Notes: generated by a model from the sequence alone, not told the origin. DNA of 64,000 nucleotides from Camelus dromedarius (GCF_036321535.1 NC_087436.1:45262001-45326000); one strand, 5' to 3'. Positions 24,001-39,000 are shown, numbered from the stretch's first letter. Translations and numbers: made by a program.

Positions 24001-27000
24001 CTCTATTTTCCTGGATGGATAGAACAGCAACTGTCCAGTCAGTGTTTTCTTAGGATACTTATGAAGAATAGCTGTTGCTCTGAAGATCAGATTAGTGAAG
24101 AGGCTAATGAAAGTTTAGAAAGAATGACAGATAATTTGGTCAGAACCCAAGTGGGCTGCACATTTATGGTAGGTGAAAAGATTAGAAGGAACAGGTATTG
24201 GTTATAAGGGACAAAGAATTGGCTAAGTGAGGTAGCATAAGTAGAAGTAAGGAAGTAATCCAGTGATCCAAAGGTTAGGGTACCTGATGAACCACTATGT
24301 ATTTAACTGTTGAAAGATCAGTATCCTACCCTTCTTTTTCCAACACACTTGATGGTTATGTAATCGTTCCACTTTGGTACCACTTGTTTTCTTTAAGTCT
24401 GAGTCACATGATCAGAATACTGGACTGGGAGTGAATTTTTGCTGGTTATTATAGAGACAATATTTTGAGAATTAAGTGGATGCACTTTTCATTTCCCACA
24501 AATAGTGTTACTCTGTAGCCCCAACCCACTGCTCAGTGGTACTGGACACTTCTGAGGAAGAGCAGTATCGTTTAGAATCATGATTCTCAAGTTTGAGCAT
24601 AAATCAGCAACACCTGGAAAGTCTGTTAATCACATAACCTTGAACCCCATCCTTAGAGATTCCGTGTCAGCAGGTCTGGAATAGGACCTAAGAATTTGCA
24701 TTTCTCTCAAGTTACTAAGCAGAACAAAGACATCTATAGTGCCCTTCCCAGATCCCCTTGCCATGCTGTGTTGGCTCACAGCTGCGCCTTCTTCAGAGAG
24801 TAGCCCTTGACCAAATACATCCATCTTGCTTAAAAGGTTATGCAACCTCCACCCCTGGCCGTTAGTTGTCTGATTAAGGAACGCGATTGCCAGCCTACTT
24901 CCCTCAAGTTCCGTGGATGGCTTCCTAGTGGAATCTGGCAATGCTGGACTCCAGCTGAGACCATGTTGTTGCTCAGCTTTTTCCTTCTGTTCCATGTCCC
25001 ATCCTGCTTCTCGCACTTCCTGTCTCATGAGAGTACTCTCTCAACAAACCACACATACAGCAACCTCCATTTTGGACTCTGCTTAGATGGAACTCAACCT
25101 AAGACAGTATTCTTTCTCAGCTTTGAGTCCCGAACTCCATTTGTTAAGTCCATAGACAAATATCTGCTCTGAAAGCGAGGCTTGGTTGAGAATTTTCCTT
25201 ATTCAGAAATCTTCCATTTATAGTAACAGTCCAGCTGGAGGGACTTAAATCCTAGAATTGTCCTATAATCCATAGTGTAAAGAGGATGGAGGCTATAACT
25301 TAAAGCAAGTTCCCACAAAACTCTATGAAGAAGAAAACAAAAGAGGTCCTATGTGGGAATTCTTGCTCCCCTATCTTGAGCTGAGACATCCAAAAAGTTA
25401 GCGCATCTTAAAGCAAAAGGGTTATTTTTGCTTTCCTGGGTGTGACCTGGAAAGACTGCACAGTCCTTATCAAAGAAGCCTGAGTTAAGCATAGTGTCTT
25501 ATCAAACATGGCTTTTGAATGGGACATTAGAAATGGTTGAGAGAGGCGGCTAGGTGGATGGAACTGACCCCATGGTCTCACGTTCTTCAGCAAAGCCTCC
25601 AGGTGGTATGGAGAGTGTTGAAAAGTTCCCTTGTGTCTGGTTTCTTGATGTTAAGTTGCTAATTAAATTCAGATTTCTGGCTTAAAACAGTCTCCTTGCA
25701 ATGAACTAGGTCCATTTTGGAGTCTTCTCCCATTCCTCTACTTCTCCCTTCTTTTAAAAGGCAGTCCACAAGGGGATAGGAAAAGTTGCTTATTCAGTTC
25801 TGCATCGTGCTCTGGTCAGATCCATAAACACCTATAAAATGGTAAATCTGGTGTGCCTAGAGGTCTATGATCGTGGTGTGGCTGATGTTCACTTGCTGCT
25901 CTTTATTCCAGCCCTGGCCCTCACCTTCGGTATCACTGGAGCTACTGCTCCTTGAAGCCTTGCCGATGGTCTGTTTGGACAGTTAGCATAGGTGACCTTT
26001 TAAGCCATCTTCTCTGCCATTCCCCCCTCACTCAGAGACTCCTGCCCCTATCCATAGGCTTGCTAGCCAGCACTCTCTGCTTTCCTTTATGTTATTCCTC
26101 ACCCTTCTCCTGGCTTTGGCACACAGTGGGCTGCAGAGCACAATATAAGCTATTGAAAAGGAGAAAAACTACTGTAACAGGTGAACAAAAAGGTTTTTTT
26201 CAGTCTTAGTTCTGGCGAGGCCCCCAAACCAGGAGCCTTGGCAAACACTCCAAAGTGCAGGCCCTCCAACCAAATCAGGACTAACATGGTCAGGAACAGG
26301 ATTTTGTGGCCCCTGGCTGATAACCCACCACCAGCCTATTAAAAAGATTGGAGAGGCTGACGGGGAGAGGAAGACATTTTAGAAGAGGGCTTTTGGAGAC
26401 CACTGTCAGGGTACTGTGACTGCTCTCCTCTCGTGGGACAGTGGGTGGCGGGGTGTAGGATGCTTTTTCTTTCACATCAAGCCTAGAAAGGGGGCTTTAA
26501 TGGGACCACTTGAAGAGTTTTGTCTGTGTTGTATCCTGGAGCTTGGGGGCACAATGGTCTGGCGTCTGATACCCCAAGAAATCTAAAGGATGAAAGACTA
26601 TGGCTGGCTGCTGCCCTGACCTCAGAATAAAGAGACAGGACTGCATGAGGTAGTCCATCCTTCCAGACTTTATCAGGGAAAGAATATATGAATACTTCCT
26701 ATGGACCAGATATGGTTCAAAGGTTTTCACTTCCTCACTTCAAAGAGACTGTAGGAGAAAGATCCTTGGCAATGGAATGGGTGATGGCCCATAAACCGTG
26801 AAAGCATCACACAAGGAAAAGAATCCGTGCTAAACATCTACAAAGTTCAGAGAGGGCCAAAAGTATACAGCATGTCAGGATCTTTCTTCCCCTCACCTGC
26901 CCTCCTGGCCTTAACACTCTGGAGGAATCAGAGGCAGCACAGCAAGAAGTACAAGTTCCACACAGCAAAAGGGAAAGGAAATCAAGCACTTTGCTCCCCT

Positions 27001-30000
27001 TGCAGGTGGCTGGCCTGAAACTAGCCTGAGCCAGGGGCTGGGAGAAACTTTAAAGGAAGCTGTAAACTTTGAGGGTTTTACCAGGGAGGGCATATAATTG
27101 AACTGAGACTGCTTGGGGGACTCAAAATGACTGGATGAATTTTTACTCCTTATCTTCAACAAATGTGCCCAGCTGGATACTCCATCCCGGGCAGTAAGAG
27201 TACCATCTCCTCAAGTTTGGGGACAGGGGAATCAAGAATATATTTATTTTTAGATCTGTCCTTTTAGTCTTGCTGATGAAACATAATAGTTACATTTCTT
27301 TTTGAATAACAGAGTAGAACTGTGTAAATTCTGATTCAACCACAGGCACTTACCTATCTAACTACATTTCTGCTTTGTTTTCCCCCCAACTAACACAGGT
27401 GAGGTCTGTTTCTCTCTGAGTCCCTTTCCCCCAACTTAAGAAGTTGCTGAAGGGAACTAGGTGATAACTTAATAGCTCAGGTGATACTGCAGGTGACAGC
27501 TCAGGTATTTTCTGGATTGGTTGCTGTGTGATGTTACATGTGCTTTGGTTTTCGGATTTGTTGCATTTTCTTCCTTTCTGAAGCTCTTCAAAATTTTATA
27601 AGTCTATGACCAACGGGCTGAGCAAATGCGAGCAAGTCATTAAATTGTGTGAGTTATCTGCTGTATACACAGTTCCTCAGAGAAAGCTTTTCAAGAGGTT
27701 TTCACTTCTTAAAGCAAAAGAACTGTCTGCCATTGTGTTTTGATGGAAATTAAACTATAAAAATATTACAGCTCTGTGTAATTTCTAACATCCAAGATGC
27801 TAATCTTTGGAAAAGGTCATGATGCATTCGCAGGAGATTTTCCCACCCCCTGCCCCCAAATCTAAATGGTCCTTTTATGTTTTAAAATTATTGATCATCT
27901 TATTTTACCACTTAATTTCCCGTATCTACACAGTTCCAGGTACAGAGTAGGTGCTCAGTAAATATTTCTTAAATGAATGATTGATAAACTAATATAATGA
28001 AATAAAATCTGTTATATATGCAGGAGATTAAATTTGGAGATTCGCTAAAAAGAATCAGGTTGTCTATTACCTACAAGGGGAATCTAGATTACAAACTCAG
28101 AAGAGCTTTTCTAAATGGTTCTTTGATGCTACTAATCAATGGTAGCATGCATTCTGGACAATTAATACAATCTATTGAGCACTTCCTAATGCCAGACAAT
28201 GTTTTGAGTCCTCTATGTGCATTGTCTCAGTTGTTCCTCACAAGAGTCTTATAAGGTCATCTCCATTTTCCTAATAAGGAAATTGAAGCAGAGAGAGGTT
28301 AAGACACTTTCTCAAGGTTATACAGAACCAGGATTTTAACCTGGTTCAGGAGCCTGTCTTTTAACCCTATACATTCTCTCCTTAAAAAAATGTCACAAAG
28401 GTTTTCTGACTTCCCGTATAGTATGCAGGGAGTCTTTGTAAAAGGGTTCTCCCATGCCACTAGTGCTGTCAAACCATCCCTCCAGCCATGTATTCAGCTC
28501 ATGTTTAGTGAGCGTCTACTGGGGGCCAAGCACAGTTAGGAGCTGGGGATAAAGGGAATAGGAACACGATCTGGGTGTCTGCCCTCACAAACTTTACAGT
28601 TTGGTGGGTGAGATGCATAGTTAATAAGCAATGACAATATGGTGTTTATGAAAAATACTGGGGTTCATACAAGGGACACCTAACCCAGACAGAGGGGCCA
28701 TGAGGCTTCCTGAGGAAGAAGCATCTCATTCTTGGTACTTTACTTATGTCTAACGTGAGGCCACTACAAAGCCAGCAGAGCAAGTCAGCTGTGTCCTTAG
28801 CTCCTACAAAGGTGCCAGAAATTCAGAAAATACCTGTTGAATTACTGGTGTTAGACTACTGGGGAAAAAAAGGGAAACTCAAAGGCCTATGGTTACTACT
28901 CTTACGTTACCCCAATTTGTGTTGATTATTTTTTCAAAGTGCAGGTTATGTTTTTGTTTTTGTTTTGTTTTTTTCCTAAGTGTAGGTTACCTTCAGGCCA
29001 TGAGGAAAGAAGTCAAATTTCCTAAAGGGTACCTTAATTCTTGATCAGTCCTAGAATGCCGTGTCTCATTTTTCTTACCCCAATGATCTGAACCAGATTT
29101 GACAACTCTAGCTGTAAAATCTTAGAATGGGCTTGGATTCACAGAACTGAGTTAATGAAACATATAGTTTGTTTTTTTATTAAATCAAGTTATGAAGGTG
29201 TACTTTTGAGCATTTGCAAGTGCCACTCTTAATTAGTTCAAGGACTGATTAGACAAACCCTACTAAAAGTCAGTCCCTAGAGTAGGTGAGTTTTTGTGCA
29301 TGTTAAGAACTGGTATCAGTGTTTTAGCTATGAGGCTCATATTAGTTTTAAGAAAGTTAATGGAAAGAATAATGTCATAAATTGAGGCTTTGGCTATTTC
29401 AAACTATAATAGTTAAACTTTGTTGTAACTCATTTTAAAAAACGACTTATTACAAAATCCACAGTATTTTGAACGACGTAATCTCATTCCAAAACCCACC
29501 TTGCCAAGGCAAAAGCATCATCAATAAGACCTGCACGATCAGCAGAAGAAAATTCCTGGAAAGAGGGAGAAAAAGAGGTAAGAAACAAAACGTGTTGAAA
29601 ATTAATATCATTAAGATTCTGTTCCTAAAACAAAAATAAAACAACTCACAACCATTGCTACTCTTACCTGGTGGTTGTTGGAAAGATTGATAGCTATCCG
29701 TTCCCAAGTTGGTACTTCATAATTTACACGATAAAACCCAATATGATCTGGGTTTATTTTGAGAAAAGCGTTTCCACTAGGATTAGGAGAGTTCAAAGCG
29801 ATTCCTGTGGTAGTAAATAAACACTAATGAGAAACATGTTTGCACATACTGTAAGCACAGAGAAATTAGACCCAGAGGGTAAGGAAAGAAAGAATAGAAA
29901 AGAAATATTAGCTCAAGGAGTCAAGTTTGATTTGGATCCAAAGCTCCAAAGCCTAATTCTTATTTAGTTGCCTAACTTTAACATGTCACTGAGAAAGCAA

Positions 30001-33000
30001 TAAGTAATGTAAATAAGTGTCCTTTAATTTGTGACTTATACTTCTTACTGGCAGAAGCTTGTCCTATGGATGAAATAATTCTGTGCTTGTCAGTCCTTCA
30101 ATAAATAAAAGAAAACAATGCTTAAATACAGAGAAGTCCGTGCCTTCTGGGGTTAATCCATATATTCTTAATCATGATGGATTAATTACCCAAAGAATGT
30201 TCACTGGGGCAGCCTGGGGAGGGGATAAAAATGTAAACATTTAAAAGAATACTTTGTTTATTAAAATCAACATTCAAATTGATGGAAATGGCGATTGCTA
30301 AGCAGAACAATGATTTGAGAGTCAGTAACCCTTTTAAAATGTCAAGAAGGCTTGCAATAGAACTAAAATCCAAACACAACATTCTTGATTTTGTAGTCCA
30401 TTTCATCCTTGTTCCCCCAAATTTATCTTTGTAAAGTTTTTTATTTCCTTATTTCAACTGATTGCATCAATGTTTTTTTCATCAGTGGATTTACCAAATT
30501 AGCTTTCTTTCTAAAGAGGCATTCAGAATGTACATAGGACTCTAGTACATAGATTTTGGAAGCTCATCATTAAAGGAACAAAGACTTATGTTTTAAGTAA
30601 AAGCTACTCCCTTAAAATAACAGCTATTCTCTGATATGACCAGTATTTGTTGGCATTACTCCTGTACTTTTTAACTCATATACTCTTTTGTTTGCGTGGA
30701 CAATGTACAATTTGAATAATGGTATGGGAAAACTTAGTGTATTAAAATAATTCCAAATAGTTTAATGTAATGACAGTGTGGGAAGTGATATTGGTAAATA
30801 GGAGATGAGGCTGGAATTAAAAATGGGGCTTCAGTGTGAAGAGCCACATGCTGTGTTAAGAAGTCCATCTTCTATAGGCACATGAAAAAGTGCTCAACAT
30901 CACTAATTATCAGAGAAATGCAAATCAAAACTACAATGAATTATCACCTCATACCAGTCAGAATGACTATCATTCAAAAGTCTGCAAACAATAAATGCTG
31001 GAGACGGTAGAGAAAAGGGAACCTTCCTACACTGCTGGTGGGGATGTAGTTTGGTGAAGCTGTTGTGGAAAACAGTATGGAGATTCCTCAAAAAACTAAA
31101 AATAGACTTACCATATGAACCAGCAATCCCACTCCTGGGCATATATCCAAAGGGAACTTTAATTCAAAAAGATACATGCACCCCAGTGTTCACAACAGCA
31201 CTATTTGTGATAGCCAACACATGGAAACAATCTAAATGTCAATCTGCAGATGACTGGATAAAGAAGTTGTGGTATATTTATACAATGGAATACTACTCAG
31301 CCATAAAAAATAATAAAATAATGCCATTTGCAGCATGGATGGACCTGGAGATTGTCATTCTAAGTGAAGTAAGTCAGAAAGAGAAATAAAAATATCATAT
31401 GATATCACTTATATGTGGAATCAAAAAAAGACAAATGAACTTATTTACAAAACAGAAACAGACTCACAGACATAGAAAACAAACATGGTTACAGGGGTGG
31501 AGGGGAAAAGGGATAAATTGGGAGTTCAAGATTTGCAGATACTAACTGCTATATATAAAATAGATAAGCATCAAGTTTATGCTGTACAGCACAGGGAACT
31601 ATATTCACTATCTTGTAGTAACCTATAATGGAAAGATATGAAAACAAATATATGTATGTATATGTATGTCTAAACTATTGTGCTGTACACTAGAAATTGA
31701 CACAACATTGTAAACTGACTATACTTCAATAAAAAAAAAAAGAAGTCTATCTTCTGAGAGATGGTAGAAATAGAGGATATTTTTAAGCAGAGAAATACTA
31801 TTCTCAAGCCTGTTTCTAGAAAGATAATTTTGATGGTGGTGTGGGGGATATATTAGAAGGAGATTGTAGAGAGTGCTGTAATAATCTAGGGCAAGAGAGA
31901 ATGAGGATTTACACTAATGTGGAGAAGATGAAAATAGAAAGAAAGTGATATATTCAAGAGACACATCACCAGTAAAATCAACACCATCCTTTTTCTGACT
32001 TGATGTGAACGGTTAGAGGAGGGGAACATAGCTTGCATGATTGGATGAGTAATGGTGTTGCCATTGTAGAATAGAGGAAGATGATTCAGTTTGGGAGGAA
32101 AGATGATTTAAATTTTGGAAGTGTTCACAAGGTTTGGAAGATATCCAGGACACAGTAGTTTTTCATAATATATGAGTAAACTCTTCAACAAGACAATAAG
32201 TTTCTTTAGGAACTTTCAGAGTAGGTTCTTGACAAATTGTAAACCTTTGCCTCACTCATGTAGTATTTATCTTTCTTTGTCATTCTCCCATGGACAAGTT
32301 GTTGAAAGGAAGCTAATCTTTTGGCAGCCATACACTTTGAATGTTTGTATCAGGAGGAGAGCCTCTTGCTAAGTACGGAGCCATATGTTACAGGAGAAAG
32401 AGCATGAACTTTTGAGTCTGACAGATCTAGGATACAATCCTTGCTCTATGACTTACTAGCTGTGTGATCTTGGCCAAATCACTTGACCTCTCTGTATCGC
32501 AGTTCACCATTAGGGAAATAGGGATAAAAATCCCTCACAGGGCTGTTGTGAAGATTAAATAAGATAACATAGGTAAAGTGTTGGTCACATAGTTATGTGT
32601 CCAACAGATGGTAGCTATCTCCATTATTATGAAAGGGGATATGCCTTCAGTTCTATAAATAGCAAAGCAAATATAAATAACATTGAGAAGTTCCTGGCAA
32701 TCCATCTAAATACTGCAGTATTTTAGTGTGCTTTATATATACCTAGTTAAGCCTGTCTAGAGTTACTGTGATTTTTCTCACTTTATAGATAAGGAAGCTG
32801 AGATCCAGGAAGTCAGTAGTTACTGGACTTTCCAAGTTCATGCTACTCTCAGAACAGTTGTCAACAACAAAATGCTGTTGGGTTGTTTAGTTACACAGTG
32901 AAGTAAGTAGGACTAAAATACTGATGCCTGTTCCAGGTGGCACATAGAAGTAAGGGTGTATGTTGCTTTCTGTTTTTCCATTTACTATTAAGTTTTTTTC

Positions 33001-36000
33001 AGTTTATAACAGTAGTGTATGTTCTTTATGATTCCAAATATGTATTTGGAATATACAAAAAGAGCATGGTGAAGAATATAAAAATTACTCGCCACCAGTT
33101 GATGCTGTTTTTATCTTTCTCTCTGTGTGCGTGTGTGCGTGTATCTTACATATATATGCACATACAAACACACAAAGCATATAGTGGAACCTTAGTGTTT
33201 TAATGGTTAGTAATCCTTTTCATTTGAAATTATATTATAAACACCTTGCAATTTCACTATATTTATATATATGAAGATATAGATTTAGTGGCCACATAGT
33301 ACTCTACCAGTTGATAAATTGTTTTGTGTTTCTTGCTAGTTTTATGCATAAAAGTGGTGAATGAAGAAAGTATTAATTATTGTGTTAGTAATAATCATCG
33401 AGTCTTATCTAAATCTCAGCAAGTGGCCTAGAGAATCTCCCTGAAAAAAAGGTGGAAGGTTAATATGTAGTATATAATAAGCAGGAATCTGGGAAAAATG
33501 CAGTGTGATTTATGATGGATTATCATTGGCAGTGGTTGAGCTGATAGTGAAGATCTGTCAGTGTGTCCCTAGTCTGCCTAGGGAAGCAGGTGCCCAGCTG
33601 AGCTGGTACATGTGTTACAGATGATTTGATAGGTCTACTCTTATAGAGAACAGTGTTATGTGGAGAGACCTGTTGGTTATTTACCATACTGTTCCCTTTT
33701 CTTCCTGAGTACACAACTAAACTATATTTACTAGCCTCCCTTGCAGTTAGGTGGCAACATATGATTGACAACTGGACATAAAATGTAGGTAGAAATAGTA
33801 GATACACTTCTAGGACTGGTCCTTCCTCTGTCTTCTGGTCAGATGCAAAAGATCCAGCAGAGGAATCCAAGATTTGGGGGGGGGGGGCAGGGTGAAGCCA
33901 TAAGAAGGAAGAAGACAGGAATTCTAAGTCATTATTTAGGGGTGAGCTACCTAGGAGAGAAGGCAGGTCAGGAACCCCTGCATTGGATTGTTGCATGAAT
34001 AAGAAACTTTTATTGCATCTACTACTAATAGCCTCTAAATGGAATCTACTATGAACAGACTCCCCTGGCTAATGCAGTATACAAAGCTATCACAGCTTGA
34101 TGACATCTCTAAAATAACTGACCTACCTTAACTCTCTCTTTACCCTTATTAGATAAACTTTCTTCCTGGAAGAGATACCTAATTAGCAGAAGTGAGTATT
34201 CTGATTCACCTTGGCCAGTATGTTTTTATTTGTGTAAGTTAACCAATTAGCATTCTTAGATGTTTGGTTTGTGTGAATAAGTCTTCCAAGACTTGGTTGA
34301 CCAGGGATGAATTGATCAAAATGAGCTTCTGAATCTGCAAAACTGAATCCATGATGATCCAATCAAAATCCAAATATTCCATGAGACTCAGGAGACTGAA
34401 GAAAGTCTCTCCCTCTCTCTCTTTCTCATTGCTATTAAGTTCAAAAATACTTGCTCATCATTATTTTGATATGAAATATTTAAATATAACTATCATCAAG
34501 CTTTAGTAGTATCTTATTTATATGATAGTTAGAATCTGGTTATCTAAACCGTCTAGAATGCATCCTCAAATCTGAAAGAGTTAAAACAGTCATCACATAG
34601 TCTATACCACCTCCTAAGCCCTAAACCCTCTTTTCGACCCTATGTGCTTAGAAATTGCTATTTTAAAATATTATGTTTTAGCAACATTGGTTATCTGATA
34701 GCATGCAATACTCTACAAGTCTTCTAAATGTTAGAAAGCAGCAGATTAAAAGCAAAAAGGTGGTATACCACTAAATGTAGATGCACTGACAATAGCCAAA
34801 ATAGTAGCTGGTATTAAAAGATAGAGACATCACTATATACAGGCAACCTCCAGAAGCACAGCAGTCTGCAGGCAGAAAAGCCTTCATTAAGCAAGGACTT
34901 AGAACTCTCAGTAAGTCTTAGGATGTACACGGCACCTTGTTGGGAGCAGGGTGAGCAGAGGACAAGGAGACTGATGTACAGTTTGTGTCTTCAAGGGGCT
35001 TATAATTTACTTAAAAATAAATATGCATATGCATGAGCATATGAATCTTAAATAACCATGATGCTGCTTAAAGTCTATGGAATTATACTAGGAATAAGGA
35101 TTGGTGAAACTACTAGCATAAAATATACTATCCAGAGTCTGAGGAGAGATTATCCAGGGTGGGTTAGAATAGCCAGAGAAGCATCTGAGATAGCGGTCCT
35201 CTTCTTTTGTTATAAAGTACTTGCTTAATTGTTTTCATGTCTAAAATATCATGTGCAACACAGATGTAAATAAAAGACCTTAGGGGAAGTCCCGCTATTG
35301 CCTGGGAAATTTCTAACTGATGAATCACCAAAGAAACAGAGAGAAGGGAGTTAGGGCTGGTAACCTGAGCTGATTGCCCATTCAGTACACTCAGGACGTG
35401 TTGGTAATCTGTGCTCTGAGCTAGGAGCTGAAGATCTCCCCAAACAGGAAACAGGAACTTATTGCATAGCCTAAAAATGGAGCAGGCACTTTGAAGTAAG
35501 AGGAGATGTCTAGTTTGCTTCTGGCTAAGTGACCAGTCATGAATCTGAAGTTGAAGATAAAGATAGGTTTGTCATCAAAGCTCTGTGGACATTAGAACCT
35601 CCTCATTCATTGATTCATTCAGTAAACAGTTACTATGTACTTTCTGGAACTATGGAACAACCACAAAACAACCACAAAATTAAGCCCCATTTCCTCAAGG
35701 AATATTCTATGGGGAGGAGAGAGACAGATAAAGTCAATAGTTATAGCAAAAAAAAAAATGTATTAAAAGTGATGACAGAGGGGTAGAGAGTTGCTATGAG
35801 AGCCCTCTGCTTCTGAAATCTATTTTACGAAGCACTTGAATAAGCTTTAGTTATCTGGGAAATTTATTTTTATGGAAACATCATTTCATGAAACTGCTGG
35901 GTAGATTGTGTTAGTGTACATAAATTGTTCATGCTCTTAAATTTGTAAACAACAAATCAAGCAGCTTTCCAGACATTCCTCCAACCCTCAATTAACCAAT

Positions 36001-39000
36001 GGTGACCAATGGGGAAAATATGTACTAATATTTAAACCAAATCCACTGAAAACCTCCCAAGGGAATCCCAGCCTCATTATGCCTTTTACCAGTACGATTG
36101 CACATTTTTAAGTGTCCTTTTTTTTGGTCTTCTCTGTTTTCCTAAGAAAACAACCAGAAGACAGATCACAAAAGATGGAGCTTAATACTCAAACACAAAG
36201 TTATCCCATATAAAATATTAAGACAAAAGGGCATTGATCTAGGAATTCTAGAAGAATTCAGGAGAATTGCTGACCACATCAATTAAAGTTAGCATAAATG
36301 AGTAAGAGAAAGTTTCGTTGTAAAAGCAACAGAAAGGAGTCTTACCTAGACAATAACAAAGCTGAGAGAGTTTATAGTGAAATTAAAAACCACAAAATAA
36401 TTTATAATAAAAGTGAAAAAAAAAACAAAGCTGAAAAAACCCTGCTGGATCCACATAAAAACTTGAACACACTTGAACACAAATATTTATAGCAGCATTA
36501 TTCATAACAGCCAAAAGGTAGAAACAATCCACATGCCCATCAGCTGATGAATAGATAAACGAAAGGCGGTATGTCAATATGGTGTGAATATCATTTGACA
36601 ATAAAAAGCAATTAAGTACTGAAACAAGCTATGGCATGGATGAACTTGAAAACACAGCCCAAATGAAGCCAGTCACAAGATGTACATGTATCATTCCATT
36701 TATATGAAATGTCCAGAGTAGTCAAATCTTTGCTGACAGAAAGTAGATTAGTGGTTGCTTAGGGCTGGGGGTGTAGGAGAAGAGAGCAGTTGACAGCTAA
36801 AGAGGATGGAGTTTCCTTTTGAGGTGATTGAAATGCTCTAAAATTGACTGTGGTGATGGTTACACATATTTGTGAATCTAATAAAAAATCACTGGATTGT
36901 ACATTTTAATTGGGGGATTTGCATAGTATGCAAGTTATACATCAATAAAGCCATTTTTAGAAAACAATCTACTGGAAATAGAGTAAAAATTTACTTGCCA
37001 GAGGAAATTAATTACTATTTTAGAATATTTTGCAGGAGCAAATGAGCATATGTAAATAAAGGATAGGTGATATGCTTTTATCCCTGAGAAGCCACGAGTG
37101 AACGTCCATGCCAAGTGCTGTTCTGAAACCAGGTCTTGGTGGGACAGGTCGAAGAAGAGTCTCTTTTGTGTTAGATAAATGATTTTGAAACACAAAACAA
37201 AGACAATAGCAAAAGTATAAAAAGCAGGATTCTTCTGAGGCAGTTGCTAAAACCTGCCTTAATAATTATTTTTTCAGTGATCTGTAGTAAAGAGCATGTG
37301 ATAAAGTCTCCTTCTTTTTATATAACTCTAAAATTTTTCAAGAAAGGAAAAGACAAATCAGTGGAGATGGAATACAGAAATATATTTCCAGTTGATTTAA
37401 GTAAGCTGAACAGTCACAGCTGAATTTTAACACAGGCAAGTTACAAGTAATTTGTTCAGGGAAGTGGATGGATGGAAGCCTACAGACATATATAGAGTGC
37501 CTTGAGCTCCCAGTAACAACTTACAACTTAGAAAAGGTAATTTGGAGTCATTAAAGTTTCTGATGTCTTGCTGATTTGAAAAATTGATAGCTTTAATTTA
37601 ATGACAGCTTTTAAAAAACCAGGCTTGTCACATAACATTTTAAGAAATTCAATGGCTTAATTATCTGATATTTAAAAAAAAAGAAAGGAATAAAAAAGGA
37701 ACAAAAGAAGGGAGGAAAGGGGAAGAGGGGAAAGAAAGGAAAAAAATTTATACATTAATCTTCCAATGATTGGATATATGACTCTTCTCCTATGGATATG
37801 GGTATTTATTATTGTGTCAGTCATGGTAAATCACTAAAAAGAGTTTCTTAAGGTAGAAAAGTTCTCATTATATTGTAGATAAAGATTTGGACTCATCAAT
37901 AAATTATTTAAGAGGTTTCTTTTAGCTGAAATTTACATCATTAGTTAACAGATTTATTGTTGTTTCTTTATGCTTGTATTCGTTTAATGTGGTGCATTAA
38001 TTCAAAGAAGAAGTAAGTCAATTGATGATATTTACCTCCTGTTTCTGACCTATTATAGAATGTAGTCCTTGATGCATTATCTTCAGTCCATTTAACTGGA
38101 ATATTCCATGTGTAACTAAAGTTTTTTAGAAAGAAAAATTTTAGCTTTTATTACTAAAAAATGAAAATATTTCCAAAGAAAAAATAATTAAAAAGCAATA
38201 GAAAAGCATATTTTTCTCATAAGTGGTTGTCCAGTGTATAGTATATAACTAATACAATTAATACAGTATTCTTTTGTGATAAAGTAGGGTACATAATTGC
38301 TTTCAATTTCTATAAATCTCTAAAATTTGGAAATTTGTATCAAAAAATTAGCTAAGGATGAAAAAGATTATTTCAATAAAATGCCTCGAAGCTTTGGAAT
38401 AAAGATACTGCACAAATATAACACATTATAAAATAAAATCGAGCAGTTACACACATGCTTGCACACACTCTAATATGCTGTAGTTTCTGTCAAAAAACAA
38501 AGCATTTTTAGAATTCAGAAGACAATCTTAAAATGCTGTGAAGGACATAACACATTTAGAAATCATGTTGAAATGACACTACCACCATCATCCCTTAAAT
38601 CTCGTGCTCTTTAAAAATCTCCTATTTAGGACCATGTGAACTAGCGTGGTGTAAAGAAAATTCATCAGGCAAGCAGGTTTCAGGGGCTTCTAGTGTTCAC
38701 TTCAGCCGCTTAGTATTTTCTTGTGGTGCAGGGGGGAGGAGTTTGGCTTTGTGTCTTGATACAATATATACTTAACATTGTAGTCTTAAAAGCTCATAAA
38801 AGAGGTCTTAAATGTCTTTTTGATTGTTCTCACATCGTAGCTCATCAGTCAGAAAATACAGGAGATCTAAAGAGAGGATGAATCTGTGTTTGGGTTTCAA
38901 CTCAAAGCTGGCCTTGTTTTTCTTCATCTGTGACCATTCAAGTCCCTAACAGAATGGGAGAATAATATTTCTCCTTTTCAAGATATAATAAAATTGATGT

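Noticed and set aside
24630..25172. Overlapping 132-aa and 110-aa ORFs
   Set aside because: They span MER5A and an LTR16-like element.
28325..28347. 8-bp inverted repeat GAACCAGG..CCTGGTTC
   Set aside because: Inside a MIR and short enough to arise by chance.
33523..33996. 157-aa ORF
   Set aside because: Lies largely in an MLT1-like LTR; no recognisable domain or splice context.
37678..37747. Purine-rich tract (also a pyrimidine tract at ~3615-3710 and G12 at 33876-33887)
   Set aside because: Ordinary low-complexity sequence with no evidence of function.
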